Positions 1 through 9,220 of a stretch of DNA of 64,000 bases are shown here, in pieces. The notes below the pieces were generated by a model, which was given only the letters and a program-made list of their open reading frames with translations, did no database searches and was not told the origin of the DNA. Positions within the stretch are counted from its first letter, which is position 1. Each line of letters starts with the position of its first letter. Origin of the DNA: Bacillota bacterium (lineage in GTDB: Bacteria; Bacillota_I; Bacilli_A; Izemoplasmatales; Hujiaoplasmataceae); contig JAHIVB010000013.1 of NCBI GenBank assembly GCA_018816905.1, forward strand, positions 108,880 through 172,879, in the 5' to 3' direction. The position numbers and the translations under genes were made by a program.

Positions 1-124
1 TTTTGCTTATTGATGGTCTCGTTAATCATGATTTTCCTCCAAATTCATCAATTTTCATTATTATATCACAGATATTTGAATTTTTGATATAATGGAAACA
101 TAAATGTTTCTCAGGAGAGTACTC

Positions 125-1072
125 ATGATTGTGATTACAGGTTCAACTGGCCATATTGGGAATAACTTTGCTAGATTGTGTTTGAAAAAAAACATCCCTT
201 TCAAACTCCTTGCACGAAGAGACAGTGAAGCTATTTCAGACATGTTAGATTATTTGGTCCAGGGAGATATCTTCGACCCAGTTTTTTTAAAGAACGAAGT
301 TCATCAAGGCGATATATTGGTTCATTTTGCGGCGTTCATTGATATCTATGACAAGAATTTTGATGAATCGATGTATGTCAATGACTTTGGCACGAGAATC
401 ATCTTTGACTTTTGTAAAGAATTCAATATTCGCCTGCTCTACGCGAGTAGCGTTGATGTCATCACGAGAACAGCGACGCAAATGCATATTTGCGAACCGG
501 TGTCCATTCACCCAGAGCTACAGAGTTCGAACTATGCTTTTACGAAAGCTTCTTCTACCAAAGTACTCATGGATCTGATTGAACGAGGAGAAATTCAAGC
601 CTCGATTGTATATCCGACAGCAGTGATTGGGACGCACGACTATAAACCGTCCAGAGCCGGAGAAGAGATACTTACCTGCCTCAACCGACATGTTTTCTTT
701 TATGTCGACGGAGGCTATAATTTCATCGATGTCGAAGATGTATCCGCATTTTGCCTTGAAATCGTCCAAAAGTCATTATTCAATTCCTATATCCTCGGTG
801 GTCATAACATCAAAGTTCTTGATTTCTACCGCTTGATCAATAAAATCCGAAATAAAAAGGGAATTTACATTAAAATCCCCAAGTGGCTTGCTTTTCTTGT
901 CGGAACCCTGTCTAAAAAGTATTCTAAAGTCATGATGCAAGCGGTATACGATAATTATCATTACGATCTATCAAAGATGGAAAAGACGTTTACACATCAA
1001 TTAACACCCTTTGAAGACACCGTTTCTAATACCATCGATTGGTTCAAAAGAACTCCAATAAAGAAAAAATGA
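125..1072 (+). CDS. NAD-dependent epimerase/dehydratase family (SDR-type) oxidoreductase
   Basis: Rossmann motif ITGSTGHIGNNF at the N-terminus. The ORF-track start at 104 was moved to M8 at 125, which is preceded by RBS GGAGAG (113-118). A TGaTATAAT extended -10 lies at 85-93. Confidence 0.75.
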   Translation: MIVITGSTGHIGNNFARLCLKKNIPFKLLARRDSEAISDMLDYLVQGDIFDPVFLKNEVHQGDILVHFAAFIDIYDKNFDESMYVNDFGTRIIFDFCKEFNIRLLYASSVDVITRTATQMHICEPVSIHPELQSSNYAFTKASSTKVLMDLIERGEIQASIVYPTAVIGTHDYKPSRAGEEILTCLNRHVFFYVDGGYNFIDVEDVSAFCLEIVQKSLFNSYILGGHNIKVLDFYRLINKIRNKKGIYIKIPKWLAFLVGTLSKKYSKVMMQAVYDNYHYDLSKMEKTFTHQLTPFEDTVSNTIDWFKRTPIKKK

Positions 1073-1096
1073 GAATTTAAACATTCTCATTTTTTA
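1064..1096. terminator. bidirectional intrinsic terminator between convergent genes
   Basis: Perfect hairpin TGAGAAT-ttaaac-ATTCTCA (1070-1089) flanked by an A-run and a T-run. It overlaps both stop codons. Confidence 0.7.
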
Positions 1097-1703
1097 ATGC
1101 ATTAAATTTGTTTTCGATTGTTTTTACGATCCGAGCGAACTCGACTTCGTCTTCCATATCTTCAATTGGTAACCATAATATTTTTGATTCTGGCACTTTA
1201 TATGTCTTAAAAATTCTTCTTAAGACATCATAATAGTTCGCATAATGAAATGTCAGGTAATCATGTTGGTCTTGTTCAATTTCACGACCTCTTCTTCTAA
1301 CATTTTCGAATAGTTGTTCTGTCCTTCTCATGATGACGATATGGATGTCAACATCAGGAATTCTTTTCAAATGCTCATCCGCTATCGCATAAGTCAGGGC
1401 GACTTCCATCGCCGTCATGATCCCTTCAAGCCTCAAAAGTTCAGTGAAGACCAAGTTAGAAAATAAAGTAGAATCGCATACGACGTTCTCTAGTTCTTTC
1501 GTTCTCCACATCAGAAGAAACAATGAAGAATAAAAAGCATTTTGAGACAGGAGTGCAAAGGTTTCTTTATCCTTGTAAAACAAGGGCAAGTACTCGTTTT
1601 TTGCGACAGGCTCTTCGACGAGCGTCGATTTGTAGTAATCCGCTAGTTTTTGTGACAGTGTCGATTTCCCACATCCGATGGGTCCGATGATTCCGATTCT
1701 CAT
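1077..1703 (-). CDS. deoxynucleoside kinase (dAK/dGK/dCK family)
   Basis: MRIGIIGPIGCGKST P-loop at the extreme N-terminus. Size (208 aa) and overall pattern fit the dNK family. Confidence 0.8.
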   Translation of the reverse strand: MRIGIIGPIGCGKSTLSQKLADYYKSTLVEEPVAKNEYLPLFYKDKETFALLSQNAFYSSLFLLMWRTKELENVVCDSTLFSNLVFTELLRLEGIMTAMEVALTYAIADEHLKRIPDVDIHIVIMRRTEQLFENVRRRGREIEQDQHDYLTFHYANYYDVLRRIFKTYKVPESKILWLPIEDMEDEVEFARIVKTIENKFNALKNENV

Positions 1704-1841
1704 TTAGTTCCCCCTCTGAAACAATTATGTATATTATAAAATAGATATAGTTCAATGTCAAAGCTTTTAAAGAACAAATCCCGTGTTTTTGACAAGTGAA
1801 TCTTCAATCCAATCAATGCATTCCATCATAGATAAATGGCT

Positions 1842-2420
1842 TTAGTTTCCCTTGATTGATTGAACCAATTCATGAGTGATGCCATGAAGTAAATGCAATG
1901 CTTCTTCGAGTGAGAGAATCGATCCATCCAAATATGGAAAATGAATCAATTGACAAAAGCCATTTCTCTTACTTTGAAAGACATGATTCAACCCTAGATA
2001 GTAGACAAGATTACATACATAAGTTCCTGCATGATAGGTTACTTCAAGCTTGGGAGAACGAAGATTTGATACGATCCCTTCTAAATCAAACTTAGAAGCG
2101 TATGCCAATTCTTCATTTTCAAGGATCGACTCTCCAGACATCATCAGACCAGAATTATCAGGTATTTTAGCACTCATGATATTTAAAGCCACTTTTTCCA
2201 AAGAAACCTTCGTTCGATTTCCAGCCTCTCCCATGATTACGATTAAATCAACCTCTTGATGTTTTTCAAATATTCTTAAATAAACGCTTCGATTATATAC
2301 AACAGGAAGGACTTCCTTTTCTATTTCATATTCTTTCGAAACGAAATTGTGAAGCAATTCCAAAGAAGCATTTGTCGTTCTTCCACCAAAAGGTTCAAAT
2401 CCGGTTAAAAGAATTCTCAT
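1842..2420 (-). CDS. pcp: pyroglutamyl-peptidase I (pyrrolidone-carboxylate peptidase)
   Basis: N-terminus MRILLTGFEPFGG and 192 aa length are characteristic of the peptidase C15 family. Confidence 0.85.
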   Translation of the reverse strand: MRILLTGFEPFGGRTTNASLELLHNFVSKEYEIEKEVLPVVYNRSVYLRIFEKHQEVDLIVIMGEAGNRTKVSLEKVALNIMSAKIPDNSGLMMSGESILENEELAYASKFDLEGIVSNLRSPKLEVTYHAGTYVCNLVYYLGLNHVFQSKRNGFCQLIHFPYLDGSILSLEEALHLLHGITHELVQSIKGN

Positions 2421-3136
2421 TATTTCACCTCTTTAAAATGAAGGATGTATTCATATAAGTCTTCCATTGAACCATGTTTATATTGTAAGGTGTCTATCGA
2501 AAACTCATTGTTAAGACAATCGGTCAAAAGAAAAGTATCGAATCCCAAAGATCCTGAAATCATGTCTTCAAAAGCATCGTTTCCTACCATCAATACTTCT
2601 TCCGCCAATAAATTTGTCTTTTGAAGCAACGATTGATAGTAGTCTGGATTAGGTTTTGAGTAACAATGAGATTCATACGTTGTGATGATTTCAAAATCAT
2701 CCGGGTTCAATCCTGCCCAACCCATTCGCTTGAGAGTCGCTATTCTTGGAAACAGAGGATTCGTCGCTAACACTAGCCGGTACCCCATTTTCTTCAAATG
2801 AGAGATGATCTTCGCTGGTATTTTGGAAGGCATCGTCGAATGGATGACCTGGTCAAAATCTACCGTATAAAAATCTAAAAATGTCGATTCGAAAAAAGCA
2901 TGGTCTCCATCAACCAATTGCTCGAAGACCGGCCAAAAAGCTTCTTCATTTGTTTTTGAACCGTCATTCTCACGCATTGCTTTGGTTCCAGCCCAAACCG
3001 CTTTTATGATTTGATCGGGATGGTATCCAAATCCAGAAAATTTCTTTCCTAAGTTCCCAAAATAATATTGTAAAAATTCTTTCTCCCTCAGTGGCAACAA
3101 TGTACCATCAAGGTCAAAAAACACTGCTCGAATCAT
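2420..3136 (-). CDS. HAD-superfamily hydrolase
   Basis: Motif I FFDLDGTLL at the N-terminus. Confidence 0.75.
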   Translation of the reverse strand: MIRAVFFDLDGTLLPLREKEFLQYYFGNLGKKFSGFGYHPDQIIKAVWAGTKAMRENDGSKTNEEAFWPVFEQLVDGDHAFFESTFLDFYTVDFDQVIHSTMPSKIPAKIISHLKKMGYRLVLATNPLFPRIATLKRMGWAGLNPDDFEIITTYESHCYSKPNPDYYQSLLQKTNLLAEEVLMVGNDAFEDMISGSLGFDTFLLTDCLNNEFSIDTLQYKHGSMEDLYEYILHFKEVK

Positions 3137-3186
3137 CTGTACCTCCTATGAACGCAAGTCTCTATGATATAAGGAAAAGGCGCAAA

Positions 3187-4212
3187 TTAAATTGTGCCTT
3201 TCTTCTTTGTTGAATCTCGAAGTACCAGTTCGACCGGTATTTTCTTGACGATGTCTCTTCGGTTTGTTTTCCGTTCAATCGATGCAATCAATATTTTTGC
3301 GGCTCGAATCGCGATTTCTTCTTTGTTCTGACGAATCGTGGTCAAAGACGGCGTATAACGCTCCGCAAAATGAATGTCGTCAAACCCAATCACTGAAATG
3401 TCTTCTGGAACTTTGAATCCCTTCGATTCGATGGCTCGAATCACTCCAAAAGCCAAATCGTCTGAAAAAGCCAAGATGCATTGTGGAATCTCCTTCACTC
3501 GTTCTAATAGGCGAATCGTCGAATTGAATCCACCGTTATAACCAAAGGATTCGGATTCCTGAAAGTAATGTTCTCTTAAAGTAAGCCCCAGCTTGCGATG
3601 TATTTGATCGTATGCCATCAAACGTTCCGAAAACGCTCTGGTTGTCAAAGGACCGGTGATACATGCAATTCTCTCTAATCCTACGGAAAGTGAATAATTG
3701 ATTGCGAGTTCAATCCCCATATAGTCATCGGATAAGACCGAATTTAAATGAGGCATGATGATGTCGGTCGAAACCGATGGGATGTCACTTTCAACCAATT
3801 CAATGATATTCTTTCTGGTCACGTTTCCTGATACAATCAAGACGCCGTCGACTTTCTTATTTTTGCACCAACCGAGATAAGTCATCTCATTTTGCCCTAG
3901 TTTGTTGACAATGAAAATGATTTCGTACCCTTGTGCTTCAACGTAATTTTTGAACTGCTGAATAACGCTAGCAAAAAATGGATGCTCTAAACCGATTAAG
4001 GAGATATCCGCAAAGATGACTCCAATAATCCAACTTTTCTTTGATTTTAAAATTCTCGCATTCGTATCAGCAACGTATCCAACTTCCTTGATGTATTCAA
4101 GTACTCGTTGTTTCGTTTTTTCAGAGACATTTCCGTTATTATGGATGATCTTTGAAATTGTTCCTGGAGAAAGACACATTGCACGTGCAACATCATAGAT
4201 TGTCGTTTTCAT
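3187..4212 (-). CDS. LacI-family transcriptional regulator
   Basis: N-terminal HTH TIYDVARAMCLSPGTISKI followed by a periplasmic-binding-protein-like sugar-binding core; 341 aa. Confidence 0.85.
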   Translation of the reverse strand: MKTTIYDVARAMCLSPGTISKIIHNNGNVSEKTKQRVLEYIKEVGYVADTNARILKSKKSWIIGVIFADISLIGLEHPFFASVIQQFKNYVEAQGYEIIFIVNKLGQNEMTYLGWCKNKKVDGVLIVSGNVTRKNIIELVESDIPSVSTDIIMPHLNSVLSDDYMGIELAINYSLSVGLERIACITGPLTTRAFSERLMAYDQIHRKLGLTLREHYFQESESFGYNGGFNSTIRLLERVKEIPQCILAFSDDLAFGVIRAIESKGFKVPEDISVIGFDDIHFAERYTPSLTTIRQNKEEIAIRAAKILIASIERKTNRRDIVKKIPVELVLRDSTKKKGTI

Positions 4213-4286
4213 CCATACTCACCTCTTTAATACTAAATTGAATTATACACTACCTGGTTCTGCTTTTCAACAGTATCTAGAGTAAT

Positions 4287-4312
4287 CAAGGCGAGCGTTG
4301 TCGCTCGCCTTG
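4287..4312 (-). terminator. GC-rich hairpin downstream of the giant surface-protein gene
   Basis: Perfect stem GGCGAGCG-ttgt-CGCTCGCC lies 27 nt after the stop at 4339. A U-tract is weak. Confidence 0.5.
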
Positions 4313-4338
4313 AAGTCTAGATGAAATCAACCCAATTG

Positions 4339-7300
4339 TTAACTAACGGTTACGGTCCGAACAATAACAACTACATTACCGGATTGATCTGTCAAAGTAT
4401 AAGTAATGGTGAAGATTCCTGTAGCGGAAGAGTCAAATGTATAAACGCCTTCTACTAATGTAATTTGGTCTCCTGTAAGAACGATGTCGCTTACAAATAA
4501 TTGTCCATCGTAAACATCATAAACAAGAATTCCAGCCAAAGGATCTAGTACGGCGCTCTGTGCAATTGACACATCGTTTGCGCCAACGATAAACGGTTCT
4601 GAATCGTCTACGACATTGCCAATAGCTTCAATCGTAACGTCATCTAGGTAGACTGTAGTTGCAACGGATGTGGTGCCTACAAGTCCCATGAAGAACGCAA
4701 ATTTACCATTGACGAAGGTTGCAGATTTAGGTAAGCATACATAAGTCGTATAAGTTTCCCAGTCTGTAGAAACATTAAATATTTGATCCCAAAGACGGGT
4801 TGTTGTAGAAGCTCCACCTTCCACAGCGAGCTGAATCGGTCTTGCGATGTCTGCTTTTGCCATGAAAGTAATCTTGTACATTGTACCGGATTCAAGCGTT
4901 CTACTTTGTTGATAGAATTGAACACCCCATGCGACGGTTCCTAGAGCGGTCACATCAATGGCTGCGACACCATCAGAAATGTCAACCGTAAAGGTACCTG
5001 CTCCATGCCATCCCCAACCGTCGATTGCAGGTTGAGCGTATGGTACGGATTGGTCTACTTCAAAGTCACCGTTGACGATGGTGAATGAAGAATCAAGCAC
5101 TGAAGCGACAACTTCAACATTTCTAGTATAAGTTCCGACATTGCCGGATGCATCCCTAACGGAATAAGTTAAGACATAAGTTCCTAATGTCGATGTATCG
5201 ACTTCTCCTGAAACAGAAATATGAGTCGATAGTAAAGTCTTGTCTAGTGCGTCCCAAACACTAACGCCTAACATTGGGTTGAATGTTTCGTTTTGTGTAA
5301 ATACTGCATCAGCGATTCCATAAATAACTGGTGCTTGATTATCAACGACAGCCGAAACGATTTCACAAGTAATATCGTCAATGAAAATCTGTGTTGGTAC
5401 GGAATCGTTCAGAACGGCACCCATGAAGAATGCAAATTTAGCATTGGTAATCGATGGACCAGTGTACTCTACATAAGCCGTGTACGTTGTCCATTCTGTA
5501 GTCAAATAAACGTCAACGTCTAATAATCTAACGTAAGATGCGTTTTCAATAACCATTTTGATTGGTCTTGGATCATTTGCTTTTGCAGCAAAAGTAATCT
5601 TATAGATTGTTCCTGAAACCATGGAACGGTTGAGTAGATTGAACTGCACTCCGTGAGGAACTAGTCCAACGTTTGTAACGTCTACTTCTACTTGACCATT
5701 GACGATGGCTAATGTAAACGCACCGCCTGTGGAAGTCTTCCATGTCCATTCGCCGTCAATGCCTGTTACAGCTTGATCGACTGCGAAATCAGAGTTTGGT
5801 ATCACGAATGTATTGACTGGTGCAGCGTCTTGAACCGTGATGGTTCTGACAATGACCGTTTCGTTTCCTGATTGATCAGTCAACGTATAGGTGACATCAT
5901 AAACGCCAGCAACGGTTGTATCAAGTGTATAAACGCCTAAAGTATCAATGACTTGTGCGCCAGTAATGGCGATATCAGCAACGGTAAGTTCTTTGTCATA
6001 AATATCGAACATTGAGATTCCGGTCATCAAATCTAGAACGTCATTTGTTAATACTGTCGTGTTAGTTGCACCTAAGATGGTTGGAGCTTCAGTATCGTTA
6101 ACATATCCTATCATTTCGATGACTACATCATCTAGATAGATGGTCGTTGCGACAGAAGTTGTTCCCACTAGTCCCATAAAGAATGCAAATTTACCATTTG
6201 TGAATCCAAATACTTGTGGGAACGTAACCGTTGTGGTATAAGTTTCCCAATCAGTAGTTAGATCAAAGATTTCATCATATAGTCTTGTTGTAGAAGATGC
6301 ACTTCCTTCGATAGCCATTTGAATTGGACGAGCGATGTCAGCTTTGGCTTTAAATGAAATCTTATAGATTGCTCCAGATTCTAAAGTTCTGTTTTGTTGG
6401 AAGAATTGTACTCCATAAGTGGCTGTTCCAAGGCTTGTAACATTTACTGTTGCAACTCCGCCTGAAACGGATGCTGTGAATGCACCTGTTCCACTAGTTT
6501 TCCAATACCATCCATTTTCAGTTACGCTTGCAAGTTGTTCAGTTTCAAAATCTGCATTTACTAAAACAAATGAAGATCCAAATTCTGTAGCAGCGACAAC
6601 TGTGATAGTTCTTGTAACTTCCAAAACATTTCCGGAAGCGTCTGTTAATGAATACGTTAATACATAGTCTCCAGGTGTAGCCGTGTCCACTGTACCTGTA
6701 ACGACAACGTCAGTTGTTGATAATACTTTGTCGTTGAAGTCCCAAACTTTGACTCCGAACATTGGATCAAATGTATTGTTTTGAACGATAACTGTATCAT
6801 CGACTCCGATTAACATCGGTGCTAATGTATCATTCACAGCTGCTGCTGTAACGATTTGTAGATCGTCAATATAAATCGTCGTTGGTACACTTGTGCCTAG
6901 TACGGCTCCTAAGAAGAATCCGAACTTCGCATTGGTGATACCATCAAGAGTATAATTGTATTCGATTGTATAAGTAACCCATTCGTCAGTAATGAATACG
7001 TCATAATCTAATAATCTAGCATAAGTAGAACCGTTTTCCATGATCAATTTGATTGGTCTTGGTGTATCTGCTTTTGCTTTGAATGAAATGATATAAATCG
7101 TATCCTTCACTGTAACTCTGTTCGTTTGATAGAATTGAACACCATGAGGAACAAGTCCAGGATTGGTTACGTTGATTTGTGCAACACCATTGTCGATGGT
7201 AGCTGTAAATGCGCCACCGGTGCTTGTCTTCCAATACCATCCGTCTGAAGTAACAGGAACGAATTGGTCTTTATTGAAATCGGCATTGGCAAGAATAAGT

Positions 7301-9195
7301 GTTGATGGAGCAAGTCCTGATGTAACGGTAACGACTCTGGTTACTGTTACACTGTTTCCGGATGCATCGGTAATGGAATAAGTAATCGTGTATTCACCTA
7401 CGGTATCAACATCGATTAACTCTTCTCCCGTAATTTCGATATCTACGACTCTAAGTGAGGAGTCTCTGTTGTCAGTTACATCGATTCCGAATAAAGGATC
7501 GAAACTGTCGCCAAGACTAATCGTGATATCATCTGCACCGGTAATCATTGGTGCTTCTGTATCAACAGCTGTTGGAATAGCTTCTACTACGATATTGTCT
7601 AAATACATGGTAGTTGGTACACTTGTCGTTCCGACGAGTCCCATGAAGAAAGCAAATTTTCCTGCTGTTAAAGTGGATGCTGAATGATAATAATCAAATG
7701 TAAATGTGGTCCATCCTGTTGTTACATCAAAATCATGATCAAATTGACGTACATAAGATGCATTTTCTAAGACAACTTTTATAGGTCTAGCTAAATCAGC
7801 TTTCGCATCAAATGAAATTCGGTAAGTTCTACCTTGTTCCAAAACGCGTCCCAATAGATAGAATTGAACACCATGAGCTACTGTTCCGATTGCGGTAATG
7901 TTAAATACTGCTTCTCCGCCTACGATTTCAGCCGTGAATGCTCCGGTGTTTCCTCCGTCAGTCTTCCAAATCCAATCTCCGTCACCTGTTCCAGTTACAT
8001 TAGATGTTGTTTGAACAACTGAGAAATCAGCATTCGATACAACAAATGTAGATGGTGGTGGAGTCGTAGAAACGGTAATGACTCTATTGACGTAAGCCGT
8101 ATTTCCAGACTCATCCGTAATTGTGTAAGTCAGTGTATAGTCTCCTGCTGTAGTAATATCTACAGTTCCTGTAATGATAATGTCATTGACTGAAATAGTC
8201 AAATCATAGTCATCCGTAACTGCAACACCTTGTAAAGGATTAAACGGAATGCCTAGTTCAGAGATATAAGCGCCAACTCCAGTCATTACAGGAGCGGTGT
8301 GATCTCCAGGAAGTTCTTCGAGTTCTGTCACAACTACATCGTCAAGATATACTTTCGTTGCGACGGAAGTCGTTCCAATGTTTCCTAAGAAGAATCCAAG
8401 TTTTCCGGTCGTAATCGAAGCTAGTGTAACTTCGAAAGCAAACTCATAAGTAACCCAATCAGTAGTTAAGTCAACTGTTGTACCCCAATACTTCACATAA
8501 TTGGTTCTGTTTTCAAGTTGAACAATCATCGGTCTCGCAAGATCGGCTTTTGCTCTAAAGCTAACTTGATAAATTTTGCCAGATTCAACGATTCTATCAA
8601 CTTGAGAAAATTGATTAGAGTAAGTTAAATTTCCTACTGAAGTAACATTGTATTCAAGAACGCCATCTACGATTGTTGCCGTACTGGCTCCGCCTTCACC
8701 GGCCCAATGTCCCCAAGGTTCTTCTAGTACATCCGAGAAATCTCCGTTAACGATATAGAATGTATTAAGAACGGCTTCTCTGACGCGTAATTCGCGAACC
8801 TCATAATAGGAGTTTCCTGCAGTATCGGTAATCGTATACGTAATGTAATACGTTCCCGGTGTTGTAATGTCGTATTCTCCTGAAACGACAATATTAGCAG
8901 TAATATTACCGTCAACGTTATCTTGAGCAGTAATTCCTGCATTTACGTCGAATGAATCACCGACAAAGATAACAACATCAGTTACACCTAAAAGTAAAGG
9001 TGCAGTTACATCTGGAGCAGTCGTCGTTGTCGTTGTTGTTTGAGTCGAAGTAGTCGTCGTTGTGGTTGTTGACGTGGTTGATGTGGATGTGGTTGCGGTC
9101 GTCGTTGTCGTTGTGGTAGCTGAAGTGTCAGTAACACAGGCAATGACTCCGAAAGCGACAAACGCCATCAAACCTAATAAGAAAAGTTTTTTCAT
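4339..9195 (-). CDS. giant surface lipoprotein with six tandem (Ig-like DUF5011-type + CBM4/9-like carbohydrate-binding) modules
   Basis: True start is MKKLFLLGLMAFVAFGVIAC (ATG ending 9195, RBS AGGAGG). The ORF-track extension to 9303 overlaps the upstream gene. There is a lipobox VIAC and a Thr/Ser-rich linker. Six repeats of about 245 aa follow, each with an Ig-like block (..ITGxVDTxTxGxYxLTYxxTDxSGN..) and a jelly-roll block (NADF..W.WKT..FKAKADxARPI..KFAFFMGLVGTTSV). Confidence 0.8.
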   Translation of the reverse strand: MKKLFLLGLMAFVAFGVIACVTDTSATTTTTTTATTSTSTTSTTTTTTTSTQTTTTTTTAPDVTAPLLLGVTDVVIFVGDSFDVNAGITAQDNVDGNITANIVVSGEYDITTPGTYYITYTITDTAGNSYYEVRELRVREAVLNTFYIVNGDFSDVLEEPWGHWAGEGGASTATIVDGVLEYNVTSVGNLTYSNQFSQVDRIVESGKIYQVSFRAKADLARPMIVQLENRTNYVKYWGTTVDLTTDWVTYEFAFEVTLASITTGKLGFFLGNIGTTSVATKVYLDDVVVTELEELPGDHTAPVMTGVGAYISELGIPFNPLQGVAVTDDYDLTISVNDIIITGTVDITTAGDYTLTYTITDESGNTAYVNRVITVSTTPPPSTFVVSNADFSVVQTTSNVTGTGDGDWIWKTDGGNTGAFTAEIVGGEAVFNITAIGTVAHGVQFYLLGRVLEQGRTYRISFDAKADLARPIKVVLENASYVRQFDHDFDVTTGWTTFTFDYYHSASTLTAGKFAFFMGLVGTTSVPTTMYLDNIVVEAIPTAVDTEAPMITGADDITISLGDSFDPLFGIDVTDNRDSSLRVVDIEITGEELIDVDTVGEYTITYSITDASGNSVTVTRVVTVTSGLAPSTLILANADFNKDQFVPVTSDGWYWKTSTGGAFTATIDNGVAQINVTNPGLVPHGVQFYQTNRVTVKDTIYIISFKAKADTPRPIKLIMENGSTYARLLDYDVFITDEWVTYTIEYNYTLDGITNAKFGFFLGAVLGTSVPTTIYIDDLQIVTAAAVNDTLAPMLIGVDDTVIVQNNTFDPMFGVKVWDFNDKVLSTTDVVVTGTVDTATPGDYVLTYSLTDASGNVLEVTRTITVVAATEFGSSFVLVNADFETEQLASVTENGWYWKTSGTGAFTASVSGGVATVNVTSLGTATYGVQFFQQNRTLESGAIYKISFKAKADIARPIQMAIEGSASSTTRLYDEIFDLTTDWETYTTTVTFPQVFGFTNGKFAFFMGLVGTTSVATTIYLDDVVIEMIGYVNDTEAPTILGATNTTVLTNDVLDLMTGISMFDIYDKELTVADIAITGAQVIDTLGVYTLDTTVAGVYDVTYTLTDQSGNETVIVRTITVQDAAPVNTFVIPNSDFAVDQAVTGIDGEWTWKTSTGGAFTLAIVNGQVEVDVTNVGLVPHGVQFNLLNRSMVSGTIYKITFAAKANDPRPIKMVIENASYVRLLDVDVYLTTEWTTYTAYVEYTGPSITNAKFAFFMGAVLNDSVPTQIFIDDITCEIVSAVVDNQAPVIYGIADAVFTQNETFNPMLGVSVWDALDKTLLSTHISVSGEVDTSTLGTYVLTYSVRDASGNVGTYTRNVEVVASVLDSSFTIVNGDFEVDQSVPYAQPAIDGWGWHGAGTFTVDISDGVAAIDVTALGTVAWGVQFYQQSRTLESGTMYKITFMAKADIARPIQLAVEGGASTTTRLWDQIFNVSTDWETYTTYVCLPKSATFVNGKFAFFMGLVGTTSVATTVYLDDVTIEAIGNVVDDSEPFIVGANDVSIAQSAVLDPLAGILVYDVYDGQLFVSDIVLTGDQITLVEGVYTFDSSATGIFTITYTLTDQSGNVVVIVRTVTVS
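4380..8960 (-). repeat. six tandem ~735-bp coding modules with alternating subtype pattern
   Basis: The protein motif FKAKAD.ARPI recurs at about 245-aa spacing. Modules 3 and 5 are more alike, and modules 4 and 6 are more alike, implying a two-module higher-order duplication. Confidence 0.7.
8990..9125 (-). repeat. low-complexity Thr/Ser codon tract (linker)
   Basis: ACN/TCN-rich DNA encodes TTTTTTATTSTSTTSTTTTTTTSTQTTTTTTTAP. This is a likely O-glycosylated or extended stalk. Confidence 0.65.
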
Positions 9196-9220
9196 AATTC
9201 CTCCTTTTAATCTTCTATAA

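Noticed and set aside
8990-9125. Short-period DNA repeats (ACN codons) that could be mistaken for a CRISPR-like or microsatellite array
   Set aside because: In-frame, irregular codon repeats encoding a Thr/Ser linker inside a CDS. No repeat-spacer architecture.
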